A DNA stretch of 64,000 nt from Phaeosaccion multiseriatum (Eukaryota; Protista; Ochrophyta, other classes): assembly GCA_965112735.1 (NCBI GenBank), contig OZ218956.1, forward strand, positions 3,534,001-3,598,000, in the 5' to 3' direction. The notes below the pieces were generated by a model. The model was given only the letters and a program-made list of their open reading frames with translations. It had not been told where the DNA came from and did not search any database. Below, in pieces: positions 14,075 to 26,100 of this stretch. The translations under genes and the position numbers were made by a program. Positions within the stretch are counted from its first letter, which is position 1. Each line of letters begins with the position of its first letter.

Positions 14075-15113
14075 TACTCCATCTGTCTTACGGTAGTGGT
14101 ACCGTGTGTAGTGTGCTGTCGGGGTCGTCTGATTACCCCCTCCCCTTTCTCCTCCCCCTTGTACTCCCCTCCTTTTCCCCAGCGCTCCGCTCTCGTCAAG
14201 TGGCGTGACAACACTTTCGGACTTCACCTTTCCTCCACCGTCGAGTCCTCCCGACTCGGAAACTTCGCTCTGGCCCTGTGTGTTGATGATGGAGAGGTGG
14301 CGTCGGCAGCGGCGGGGGTGGTGCAGCAGACTGTGCCATGGAGCAGGTGAGGGAGGGAGGGAAGGAGGGGAGGGTGGGGGAGAAGGAGGAGGAGGGGAAG
14401 GGATGCTGAGCGACGCCCTACAATATCGGTTCTCACATACTCCTCCTCCTGCCCCCCTCTCTCTCTCCAAGATCCCTCGGCCGACTCGTTGTCGTCTTGT
14501 CGTCTTTGGTCTTTTTCCTAACCCTTATGACCATCCCCTCCCATCCACTGCCATCTTCCCTCCCCCCCTCAGCGCGGTGCTCTTCCTCTTCGACGAGGCG
14601 GAGCAACACCTTTGGGCGCTTTCCTCCCTTTCCCTCACAGGGACAGGCTCAATCTCAGGCGGGCCAACGCTCTCCTCCCCACTCGGGAGGACTGCCACCC
14701 CTACGTTAGGGGTGCATACGTCACTGTTTTCTCCGGCGGCGGCGGCGGCGCCGGCCAACGTTACTGTCGGTGCTTCTTCTTCTGCTGCTAAAGCGGGGAG
14801 AGGGAGGGGGAGGAGGAGGGGGAGGAGAGGACGTGCGGGGGGCGACGACGACGGCGACGAGGAGGAGGAGGAGGAGGAAGGAGGAAGGATTCGAGTGGGG
14901 GGCATGGACGACGATGAGGAGGAGGAGGAGGAGGAGGAGGAGGAAGAAGAAGAGGACGAGGAGGAGGAGGGACCGCCCATGGCCATAGAGACCTTCGAGA
15001 TTGGTGCGTGGTGTGGCGTGTGCCATCCGGAGGAAGGGAAGAAGGGAGGAGAAGGGTGGATGGCAGTGGATGGAAGGGAGGGAACGTTTCTTCCACTTTG
15101 GTCCGTATGTCCA

Positions 15114-15160
<47 letters not shown>

Positions 15161-18100
15161 TATCTGACTCGTGTGTCCACCTTATCACATCCCTCCCTAC
15201 CCATCCACTTCCATCCACTGCCATCCACCACCCCCTCTCCTCTTCGAACGCCCTACCGAGAGCAGGAGAAGGCCTGGTGTGGGAGTGCTTCACTAGCGGT
15301 CATCCCACAGGAGCGGCAGGACTGCACGACATCAGCTCCAGAGCCACCGCCATAGACATGGTGGGAGTGGTGCCTATCGGAGGGGGGGGGGGGATGGCAG
15401 TGGATGGGGCGGGCACGATGGCCGGTGGTCATGTGGGCGGAGGGGCGGGGAGGAGCGCGGGCACGTTCCGAGTCATGAGTGCCGCTGCGAAGGTGAGAGG
15501 GAGGGAGGGAGGGAGGGAGGGAGGGAGGGAGGGGGGGGAGGGAGGGAGGGAGGGAGGGAGGGAGGGAGGGAGGGAGGGAGGGAGGGAGGGAGGGGGGGGA
15601 GGGAGGGAGGGAGGGGGGGGAGGGAGGGAGGGAGGGAGGGAGGGAAGGGAGGGAGGAAGGGAGGGAAGGGAGGGAGCGAGAGAGGGAGGGAGCGAGAGAA
15701 GGAAGGGGGGAGGGAGGGAGGGAGGAAAGAGGCGAGACAAGGGTTTGGCTCTGCACATACACATCGAGACAAAACTCAGCTCCTCTGCATCCTCTCCCTC
15801 GACAACACATCGCACCCACGCGCGCGCCCACACAGACACACTCGCAGGCGGCGCTCCTGTCGCAGACTGCATCCCCTTCCCCTTCGCGCCTCTTCGCCAC
15901 CACCCCTCCGCAGCAGCAGCAGCAGCAGCAGCAGCAAGCCGCCTCTCTCTTGCGCACAGCACGGCCCTTTCACTTCTTCGGCGAGGGGAGGGTGGAACAA
16001 GCGGTTGGCGGTACAGCAGTTGGTGGTACAGCGGCAGCGACTCATCGGAGGCGCGGGAGACGTTCTAGATCCCCCACTCTTGTCCACTCGCGCTCTCCCT
16101 CCCCGTCCCCTTCTCCGTCTCCTTCCCGACCGCTCTCGGGTACGGGGGGTGCACACGCGCACACACACTCATCACGCGCCCACAGCAGGAGTTTCAGTCC
16201 CCGGGGGGGGAGGACGGTTACACCGGTGGGCAGCGGCACTGGTGAGTGAGCGCGAGAGCATGAATGGGAGAGACTAACCCTGAGGAGAGAGAGAGAGAGA
16301 GAGAAAGAGATGAGAAGAAGGGACAGAGGGATAGAGACAGAGAGGGAGAGACATAGAGACAGAGAGAGGGAGACGCTCTGAAAGACTAACGTAAAGTGTG
16401 TAAAGGAGTGGTTTGATAGGGCTGTCTGAGGGGGGGGGTTGTTCGTTTCCGTGTGTGTTGCCAATCTCCGCCAACCACCACCTTCACCACTCTAAGCTCC
16501 CTCTCTCTCGCCCCGCTCTCCCCCCCCCCCTCCTCTCTCTCTCTCTGTGTGTGTGTCTCCCCTCTTCCTCCCCTCCCCTCCCCTCCCGACGCAGGCACCA
16601 ACCCGAGGAACTTGACTGCTGTGGGCGCGGGCGTGACACTCTCGGGCACCAGCGCCACCCTCGGCAAGTCATATGGGCATGGCCAGCCCCAGTCATATGG
16701 GCATGGCCAGACCTTCTCCTCCTCCTCTGGCAAGGCCCCCTCCACTGCCTTCCTCCGCAGTGTGCGCTTGGTGTGCGTGCCGGTGCTCGGGGGGGAGGGA
16801 GGGGACACCGTGCTGGGGGTGCTCAAGGTAAGTCAGTGAAGGGGAGTTTGAGTTTCAGCTCAGGAGAGAGAGAGAGCGGGAGTAAGGATATGTTACTCAG
16901 GAAAGTTTGGATGGATGGCAGTGGACGGTGAGGGCCCTGAACCCACTCCTGCTCCTTCTCCGACTCGAATATGTAATTCGCCCTTCTCCTCTCACCATCC
17001 ATTACCATCCATCCCTCCCTCCCTCCCTCCCTCCCTCCCTAAGGTGGCGCGAGTGGCCCCCCTGGGATTCGATCTGCGCCCCAAGGCCTACGAGAGGGGC
17101 GGCCCCGGGGGGGAAGGGTCGGAGAGGAAGAGGAATGAGAATGAGAATGAGGATAATGATGATGATGATGTGTTTGACGGCTTCAGCGCCGATGAAACGG
17201 CAGCCATCCTCCAGACGGCGGGGGCGGCGGCAGCTGCTCTTTACAGGTGTGTGTTTGTGGGTGGGTGAGTGGGTGGGTGGGGTGGGTGGGGTGGGTGCGT
17301 GCGTGCGTGCGTGTGTAGCTTGCTCTAACTTACCGCTCAGTGCTAGGATTGAATTGGTGAAAGTCTTTTCCTTCCAAACTCGTCCAAAGCCTCACTCGTC
17401 ACATTCGCCAGAGTCAGTCTCCATCTCTCACGGGCCTTTTACATCACATATACACACACCCAACTACACAACCCATCCCCCATCCATCCACTGCCATCCT
17501 CCCAACCTCCCATCCATCCACTGCCACCCTCCCACACTCCCATTCACCCACCCACCAACCCACCCACCCACCCATCCCTCCCCTGTCCTGACACCCCCTC
17601 CCTTCTCCCATCTACTGCCATCCTCCGTGCTGTGCTGCCCCTCCCCTCTGGTCCAAAGGGTGTCGGCAACAGCGGAGGCAGCCCTGGACTCTCGCTGCGC
17701 CTCTCGCCTCAAGCTCAGGCGCCTTTCAGAGCAGGCCAGGCAGATGGGCAGGCGCCTAACTCGGGCTGAGGGGGGAGCAAGAAGGGCCGAGAGGAAGCTC
17801 GTGGCCGCCGTGGAGGAGGTGAGAAAGGGGGGGGGTGGGGGATGGCAGAGGATGGCAGAGGATGGCAGTTGATGGGGGTGGGGATGGGAGTAGGTGAGGA
17901 GGGGGGATGGTAGTGGATGGGAGTAGGTGAGGAGAGGGGATGGCAGAGGATGGCAGAGGATGGCAGTGGATGGCAGTGGATGGTAGAGGATGGCAGTGGA
18001 TGGGGGCGGGGATGGGAGGGGATTACAAAGGACCATACAAGTTTATGGGGATCAGGGTGGCAGTGGATGGGAATCGGGGTGGCAGTGGGCCTTCTCCTCG

Positions 18101-19581
18101 ATGCTCTGCCAGGATAGCATGGAGGAGGACCTTAGACTGCCTTCTTCAAGCGAGTCTCGGGTCTAACTCCACTTTTTTCTCCCCCCTCGTCCTCCTCCCC
18201 CCCATCCTCATCCTCTGCCATCCACTGCCATCCCCCTTTCCCCCCCAGACGAGTGCGTACAGCAGCGCCGCCCGCCTGGCCGAGACGGCTCGCAGCGAGG
18301 CACTGGCTAGAGAGGCAGAGGCAGTCGCCAAATGTAGCGAACTGAACAACAAACTGCTGCAGGCCAGCGAGAGGGAGAGGGGGCAGCTGGAGGTGCGTGT
18401 GAGCGATGGCAGTGGAGGTTGGAGGGAAGTTGGGAAGGAAGGAAGTGGGAGGGAGGGAGGGAGGGAGGGAATGTGATGACGCGCCGCTGGGTGCACTGGA
18501 TGGCAATGGATGGCATTGGATGGGTGGGCTTTCGCCCCTTCCTTCACCTTGACTTCCCCCCTCACTGACATATTCCCCTTACCCCCCCCCCCCTTACTCC
18601 CTGCAGGAGCTTCTGCAGATGCAGGCCGAACTTGAGGCGGCAGGGTCCGCTGCCAAGGCCTCCGAGGGGGAGCAGTTGGTGGTACAGCGGCAGCGGGACG
18701 GTTACAGAAAGCAGAGGGACGAGTGCAGGCAGGCCTACGCGAGGGCCAAGCACAAGGTCAAGCAGCTCGAGAAGGTCAGAGAAAGGAAGGAAGGAAGGAA
18801 GGAAGGATGTGTGTGAGCATCTGTCTCTCTGTCTGTCTGCCTCTGTTCGACCTCTACGTCGGAGTCTTTCTTTGCGTCCTTACTGTGTGATGCCTGTCTC
18901 TCACTCCCTCCCTCTCTCTCACTCTCTTGTCCCTCCATCTCTCTCTCCCTCCCTCTCTCTCACTCTCTTGTCCCTCCCTCTCTTTCTCCCTGTCCCTCTC
19001 TGTCCCTGCCTCACTGATGCGATGTGCAGACGATGTTGGAGATGCACGGGCAGCAGGAGGGCTTCAAGCATGTGCACGGATTAATACTCTCCCTAGGGGA
19101 CACCGTACTGGGCCCGGAGGGAGGAGGAGGAGGAGGAGGAGGAGGAGGAGGAGGAGGGGGGGGGGGGGGGGGTGGTGTGAACGTGGAGGGCATGGAGGGG
19201 CTGACGCATGGGGCCCTGAATGGGACCCTCAATGGGACATTCAATGGAGCGAGCTCTCTGCTAATGTCTTCCACGCTCGGCTCTCCTCCTCCCTCCTTCC
19301 CGAGGGCTGAACCTGGTTTCCACACTCCCCAGCAGCAGCAGTCGTATGGGCAACAGCAGCAGCAGTCGTATGGGCAACAGCAGCAGCACCAGCAACAGCA
19401 CGATTATGCCTTCCCGCGATACGGGGGGGGCAATAGTGAGGCCAATGTCAATGGCGACGCCGGTGGGCGGGGTGGTGATACAGGATCGTTGACGCCCCGC
19501 ACAATGCGCACGGGTACAGATAGAGGGACAGGGGGCTCTCCACCTCGGCCACAGAGTCCTGGCTTGAGCCCTGTGTTGTGA
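3680..19581 (+). CDS. Very large multi-exon coiled-coil protein with Sfi1-like (centrin-binding-like) Trp repeats and a C-terminal GAF-like domain
   Basis: Exon 1 is [12 protein letters not shown]...EREGLEREL (3680-3843). Many GT-AG exons from ~6600 to 14200 encode basic helices with periodic Trp ([58 protein letters not shown]). GAF-like pieces lie at 14570-17246, coiled coils at 17659-18774, and the last exon ends with TGA at 19581. Continuity as a single gene is inferred. Confidence 0.65.
7472..7711 (+). repeat. 60-bp tandem repeat x4 beginning at the intron donor site
   Basis: The unit gtgagcagcgagaggatctgtcttccctcttgttatgtgatcgctatcctctgtccttct occurs as near-identical copies at 60-bp period. 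Confidence 0.9.
13815..14074. repeat. (CTGT)n microsatellite, intronic
   Basis: Seen directly; it produces the VCLS/RQTD artefact ORFs. Confidence 0.95.
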
Positions 19582-20300
19582 GTGTGAGGCAAGGGGAAGA
19601 CGATGATGATGATGATGAGGATGATGATGATGATGATGACGATGATGATGATGATGAGGAGGAGGAGGAGGAGGAGGAGGGGGAGGAGGAGGAGGAGGAG
19701 GAGGAGGAGGGGGCGGGAGGGGGAGGAGCAACAGGAGGAGAAGGATTATGAAAGATTCACACACGGAGCAAGGAGAGGGTGGGAGGATGACAGAACGGGA
19801 GCACCGGACAGAGCCAGGAGGGAGGGGTAGGAGGAGAAGCGGAGGGAAGAGGGGGGAGGGAGGAGAGGGAACGAGCCTCCCCTCCAAGCAAGCAGACCAT
19901 CGAAGCTCTTGCCCGGGTTGGCGGGGCGCAAAGTGTCGCTAGTTAAGATGATGGTGCCACGGAAAGCAGTCACGATCAATGATAGTAGTGTCCTCCTGGC
20001 CGACTCATCTAATGCCCTGCAGGCTGTTTGGTTTACTCACATTTTGTGCTGTGTTGGAAGAATGCATTTTTTTCGAGAGGGAGAGGAGGAGGCAATTGTT
20101 GAGGATTGCTCGGCTTCTGGCCACTAACTTGTACTCGAAGTACTTCGCACACGAAGGGGAGAGTGCTCCAGTTGGTAATCCGAAGACATCTGTGTGCCGT
20201 GGATACTCACGGCCGTGCGGCGCAGCCACCAAGCCCTCACTCACACTTCAGTTCATTTTCTAAGCTAACAAAATCAAGTGCGAGTGTTTGGCTGTTTCGG

Positions 20301-22748
20301 ATGAGGATGATGGTAAGCAGCTGCAGCATAAGAAGCGGCGGGGGTAGGAGGTTCGGGTGTAGCAGGCGGTGGAGAGCTCCCGGTGGAAGAGATGCTCCGT
20401 CTGCCGCCTCTGCCGCGGCCCCTGCCTGGGGTGTCACTCCAGCGTATCTGGCAGCCTTCCACGCCACGGCACGCCAACGGTGCTTGTCAAGCGGGTGGGG
20501 TGGATCTCTGGGGGCGAGTAGTACCAGTGAGGGGGCTTGTTTCTCAACAAGTAGTATTCCCCCTCCTGAAGAGGAGGGAGGGGGGCAGTCGTTGTATCTC
20601 GCGACACTTGAGCGTTTGGAGGCCGCGCGGGAGGTCAGGGACTGGGCGAGAGTACTCGGCGAGTGGGACGCAGCGGTGCGGTCGCCGCTGCTCATTGATG
20701 CGCCTTTTGTCGACGCAGTCATGGAGGCTTTGGCTCACTGCCGCCCACCATGGGAGGAGACGCTTGCCCTGCTGAGGGACATCAAAATTCGTCCTAACGT
20801 CCTATACTACAACATCGCCATTGACGCCTGCGGTCGGGCTCAGAGATACGATGAAGCCATGGATCTTCTTCGGGAGATGCTTGTAGTGGGATTGCAGCCG
20901 GACTCGCAAACCTTCTCGGCAGCGATTGTGGCGTCTGGCTTCGGGGGGAGGGCAGACCAGGCACTGCAGCTTCTGAAGGACATGCAAGCACAGGGGCTGC
21001 CACCCGTCAATCACAATTTGAGCGCTGCTATCGCCGCTGTGGGCAGAGCTGGCCGGCCTGAAGAAGCGCTGCAGCTGCTGGAGAGATTGCCCGAGTACGG
21101 CTTGGAGGCCGATGCCGGCAACTTCGCTGCCGCCATCGAGGTGTGCAGTGGGGCGGGATGGTTGGACGCGGCATGGGACCTGTGGGACGAGGTGCTGGCG
21201 GGAGACGTGGTTCTGGATACGAAAGTGTGCTCTGCGGTCTTGCGTCTCTGTGTCGAGTCGAGGAGATCGGACAGGGCTTTGGAGCTATTGAAGTATATGA
21301 AGGAGGAGGGACCCGCTCCCGATGTATGGTGCTACAACATCGCCATTGATGCCTGCGCCAAGGCCCGTCAACACGTTGATGCTTTGGGGTTGTTGAGGGA
21401 GATGAAGGAAGGAGGACCCGCTCCGACTGTGCACAGCTACAGTGCTGCCATTGATGCATGTGCCAAGGCTGTTCGACACGTGGAGGCGTTGAGGCTGTTG
21501 CGGGAGATGAAGGAAGGAGGACCCGCTCCGACTGTGTACAGCTACAACGCTGCTATTAACGCATGCAACAGGGCGGGTCAACACGTGGAGGCGTTAGGAC
21601 TATTGGGTGAGATGAAGGACGAAGGACCCGCTCCGGATGTAGTCACCTACACCACCGCCATTAATGCATGCGCCAAGGTTGATCGACACGCGAAGTCATT
21701 GGCGCTATTGAGGGAGATGAAGGAGGAAGGACCCGCTCCCGATGCACGTACCTACACCGCTGTTATTAACGCATGCGCCAAGGCAGGTCAACACGTGGAG
21801 GCAGTACAGCTCTTGAGGGAGATGAAGGAAGGAGGACCCGCTCCGACTGTGTACAGCTACAACGCTGCTATTCGCGCATGCGCCAAGGCGGGTCAACACG
21901 TGGAGGCGTTAGGACTATTGGGTGAGATGAAGGACGAAGGACCCGCTCCGGATGTATGGAGCTACTACGCCGCCATTGATGCATGCGCCAAGGTTGGTCG
22001 ACAGGCGAAGTCATTGGCGCTATTGAGGGAGATGAAGGAGGAAGGATTCGCTCCCGATGCACGTGCCTACACCGGTGTTATTGTTGCATGCGCCAAGGCC
22101 GGTCAACATGTGGAGGCAGTGGACCTCTTGAGGGAGATGAAGGAAGGAGGACCCGCTCCTGAAGCATGGAGCTACAATGCTGCTATTAACGCATGCGCCC
22201 AGGCCGGTCAGCACGTGGAGGCGTTGGGGTTGTTGAGGGAGATGAAGGAAGGAGGACCCACGCCGGATGTATGGAGCTATAGCGCCGCGATTAACGCATG
22301 TGCCAAGGCCGGTCGACACGTGGAGGCGTTGAGGTTGTTGAGGGAGATGAAGGAAGGCGGACTCACGCCGGATGTATGGAGCTACAACCCCGCGATTAAC
22401 GCATGCGCCAAGGCTGGTCGACACGAGGAGGCGTTGGGGTTGCTGAGGGACATGAAGGAGGAGAGCCTCGCCCCGACTCTGCCCAGTCTCTCCCCGGTAC
22501 TGCGTGCGTGTGCTGAGGCGGGGCAGTACGAAACCGCCGAGGAGCTGGGGTTGGAGATTCTGAAGAGGTGCCATAGCGAGGCACCAGACAAGCTCTGCCT
22601 CGAGACTGCCAAGCATGTTATGCGCAGTGCGGCATACGGGGACGAGAGGGCGGAGAGGGTCACGGAGAGTCTGATCCATGCAGCAGTGCACGGCAGAAAG
22701 AGAGAAGTGGAGGAGGGGAAGGCCCAGAGGCACCCAAGCGAGCTGTGA
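20301..22748 (+). CDS. P-type pentatricopeptide repeat (PPR) protein, intronless, probably mitochondrial
   Basis: About 17 tandem 35-aa motifs (PDVWSYNAAINACAKAGQHVEALGLLREMKEGGP). The first ATG is at 20301, followed by an Arg/Ser-rich N-terminus nearly free of acidic residues, with RQRCLSS. Confidence 0.93.
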   Translation: MRMMVSSCSIRSGGGRRFGCSRRWRAPGGRDAPSAASAAAPAWGVTPAYLAAFHATARQRCLSSGWGGSLGASSTSEGACFSTSSIPPPEEEGGGQSLYLATLERLEAAREVRDWARVLGEWDAAVRSPLLIDAPFVDAVMEALAHCRPPWEETLALLRDIKIRPNVLYYNIAIDACGRAQRYDEAMDLLREMLVVGLQPDSQTFSAAIVASGFGGRADQALQLLKDMQAQGLPPVNHNLSAAIAAVGRAGRPEEALQLLERLPEYGLEADAGNFAAAIEVCSGAGWLDAAWDLWDEVLAGDVVLDTKVCSAVLRLCVESRRSDRALELLKYMKEEGPAPDVWCYNIAIDACAKARQHVDALGLLREMKEGGPAPTVHSYSAAIDACAKAVRHVEALRLLREMKEGGPAPTVYSYNAAINACNRAGQHVEALGLLGEMKDEGPAPDVVTYTTAINACAKVDRHAKSLALLREMKEEGPAPDARTYTAVINACAKAGQHVEAVQLLREMKEGGPAPTVYSYNAAIRACAKAGQHVEALGLLGEMKDEGPAPDVWSYYAAIDACAKVGRQAKSLALLREMKEEGFAPDARAYTGVIVACAKAGQHVEAVDLLREMKEGGPAPEAWSYNAAINACAQAGQHVEALGLLREMKEGGPTPDVWSYSAAINACAKAGRHVEALRLLREMKEGGLTPDVWSYNPAINACAKAGRHEEALGLLRDMKEESLAPTLPSLSPVLRACAEAGQYETAEELGLEILKRCHSEAPDKLCLETAKHVMRSAAYGDERAERVTESLIHAAVHGRKREVEEGKAQRHPSEL

Positions 22749-23194
22749 GCATCGAAGGAAGGACTCCCTCAAAGCACCGGCCCGCCACCCCAAGCTGCTG
22801 AGAGGGAGTGTGAGCCGCAGGGGGGGAGTAGATAGCGTGCGTAAAGGCTGAAAAAATTTCTGTGATGTGGTGAGCACGTTGGTGCTTTGCTATGCCCCCC
22901 CCACCGATTATTGTTTATTTTTTCCGTGGAAAGAGTGGCCCTCCTGACATGCCTGGTCCTTCTCGCCAAGGAGTCGGTCGGAGGAGAGGGCGAGATGGGA
23001 CCTCCCGCACACCGCCGCCACTTCCTCCGTGTTGCTGCGGTCATAGGATTCGTCTTCTCGGGATGCAGCAGTACTCACCGGTTGAGGGCAAGGAAGTTGG
23101 TATTGGGCGTGTTAGAGCGGGAAGTAGTAGCGAGGAGGGCAGAAGCAGAAGGAGAATCACTTGTTGGGGTTTTTCTCTACAGAACCTCAGCAGA

Positions 23195-26100
23195 ATGGCG
23201 CCAACCACAGCGAACCCAGAGCGGCGGCGGCAATCACATTCACAATCATTTCTGCTGAAGGTGGCTCTCGTTCTTGCTCTAACCTTTCTCTGGCTCTGCA
23301 GCGACGCTCAAACGGCTGCAGCAGCGAATTCTCAAGGCTCCAGTGGCCCCTTGCAAGCGACTTTGCTGGACGGCACGGGTCTGCCCCTGCTGCAGAGTCG
23401 GGGATCATCGAGTCGCAGTGGAGGGGGGGGGGGAGGAGCGCCACTACACCTGCAGTACCTGGTAAGAGGAGGGTCGAAGAGAGGAGAGGAGAGGGAAGGA
23501 AAGGAATGGAGAGGAAAGGAAAGGAAAGAAAAGGAAAGGAGAGGAGAGGAGAGGAGAGGACAAAGGAGGAAGACGGAGCAAAGGAAAGGAGAGGAGAGCA
23601 CGGGGAAGAAACGCATCGAGCTCTTGGTTTTCTCTTCCTCGCCCCACGCCTCCTCTCTCTTGCTCGATGATTCTTCTTTCTCGTCATTCTTTCCTTTCCC
23701 ACACACTCTCCATTTCCATCCTAAGTATGGCCTTCTGACGTTCCCTCTCTCCTGATGGGTCTCTCTCCCCCCCTCCCCCTCTATCACTCTCCCTCTCCCC
23801 CTCTCCCGGTCTCCCCCCTCCCCTCTACCTCCTCCCCTTCCTCCTTTCAATCTGATCCGCCATCCCCGCTCACCAGGGTGTGCTGGGTGTCAAGCACGGC
23901 AAACGAGAAGTCACCACCTCGGTGGACCTCCGCCCCCTCCTCGACAACGTTCGAGCCATCAACATCAACGGGTACTTCTGCCTCCTCCCCTCCTCCTCCC
24001 CTCTCACAACTAGATCATCTATACCACCAACGGCCCGGGGCTTTACACTCACCCACCCCTTCCCGGGCCCTTCGAATGGGCAGGCCGTCGCCTTCATCCT
24101 GCCTCCGTCCCTCTCTCTGGGCGGAGGCAGTGGGGCGGGCCAGCATGCAGTTCACGTCAACGCTTCCTCCCTCCCCTCCGAGGGCCTAGAGGCAGAGCTG
24201 GTAAGCAACAGCACCCTCCTCCTCCTCCTCTCCGGTGGCCTCTCCCCTGGAGCTGGCGATGGCGCTGCTGGCGTATCACCAACTGTTGCCGCAGCTGCGG
24301 TAGCGCCCGTGGCGGTCGAGCTTCACTCCTTCATCCGACAGCCCGACGGTTCCCCAGCCTTGGCGACGATTCTGCACCAACACGGCCTCGATCTTGTCCC
24401 CAGACCGCCACCAGTTGGTGATGTATCGTCGTCGTCGTCTCCTGTGGCACGCCTGGGCACCCCCTTCGGCGACCTGCGAATCGCCCCTGAGGGGTCCTTG
24501 TTGCTGGGCAGTGGGAGAGGAGGTGTATCCACTGTATCCGCTGTATCACCAACTACTACAGGTGCTGCTGCAGTAGATGGTGTGCCACCAACTGCTGCAG
24601 GAGAGGCCGACGGCCTGGTGGTGGTGGAGGAGCGAGGCGTGACTGTGACAGGCCATTCCATCAATATCACGGCCTCCGCCAGCCCTAACGCAGGTAGGGA
24701 GAGGCTGGCTGACTGACCGACTGACCGACTGACCGACTGACTGACTGACTGACCGACTGACTGACTGACCGACTGACTGACTGACCGACTGACTGACTGA
24801 CCGACTGACTGACTGACCGACTGACTGACTGACTGACTGACTGACCGACTGACTGACTGACTGACTGACTGACTGACTGACTGACTGACCGACCGACTGA
24901 CTGACCGACTGACTGACTGACTGACTGACTGACTGACTGACTGACTGACCGACTGACTGACGGACTGACTGACGGACTGACTGACGGACTGACTGACCGA
25001 CTGACCTTGTCTTGCCATTGATACTCGTATGTATGTGTGTATGTGTGTATGCCTGCAGTTTTCAGCCTTCCCTCTTCTCTCTCTCTCTCTTTATCTGCTG
25101 GGCCTTATCCTCCCTGCATCCATACCAGTTGGTGATATACCCATCTCATCTGCGTGGGCCGCTCTCTGTCTCCGCCTCTGTTCCCCCCTCTCTCTGTGTC
25201 TCGTCTCTCCCCCACCCCTCTTCCCCACCCCTCTCTCCACAGGAGACGACAGCACAGCCAGCGGCCCAAGGAGGCACCCTAGGGGGCAAAACCCTAGTGG
25301 GCACAACCCGAGGGGGCACAACCCGAGGGGGCACAACCCAAGCGGCATCTCCCTCTCTGTGGCAGAGTCCACCAGCCTCCCCGGGGGGCGTGTGCTCATC
25401 GCGGCGGGTCATAGCGCCTCACAGGGGGGGGGAGATGTAGTGCTAGAGGCGGGCAGGGGAGGGGCAGGCTCCAAGGGGGGCGGGATACAGTTGGCGACTG
25501 CGGCGGGGGACGGCAGGTGAGAGAGGGTGGCGTCCTGGCACCTCTGTGATCGTCCACATCCACTGCCATCCCCTGCTCTGTGATCGTCCACATCCACTGC
25601 CATCCCCTGCCTCAATCCCGGCCTTTACCTCGTCTCTTCTTGTCTTGTCTCTTGTCTCTCTCTCTCTCTCTCTCTCGGAAATGGATGTGATGCATCAGCA
25701 CCAGCAGCACCGTGTCTGGGGACGTTTTGATTCAGACGGGAAGCGGCCACGAAGCCGCTGGAGGCATTCTCCTGCAGGCAGGAGGGGCAGCTGCAGCGGG
25801 TGGTGATACAGCAGGAGGAGGAGGGAGAGGAGGAGGAGGAGGAGGAGGGGCGACGGGACGAGGAAGCAAGGGGGCCTCGTTAGGGCTCATGGGAGGGGGG
25901 GGCGGAGGGGGGACGGCAGTGGATGGGAGGGGGGAAGGGAGCAGCAGTACGAGTGCCAGTGCTGCGGACGGGGGCGGCGTGCGAGTTATGAGCGGAGCAG
26001 GGGCGGCAGCGACGACTACTGCGACCACTACCGCTACTGTATCACCAACTGCCGAAGTTGGAGGAGGGGTGCCAGCAGGAAGGAGTGGTGACGTGGTCAT

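Noticed and set aside
20106-20300. Upstream extension of the PPR ORF
   Set aside because: It begins at TTG. The first ATG at 20301 gives a plausible targeting peptide.
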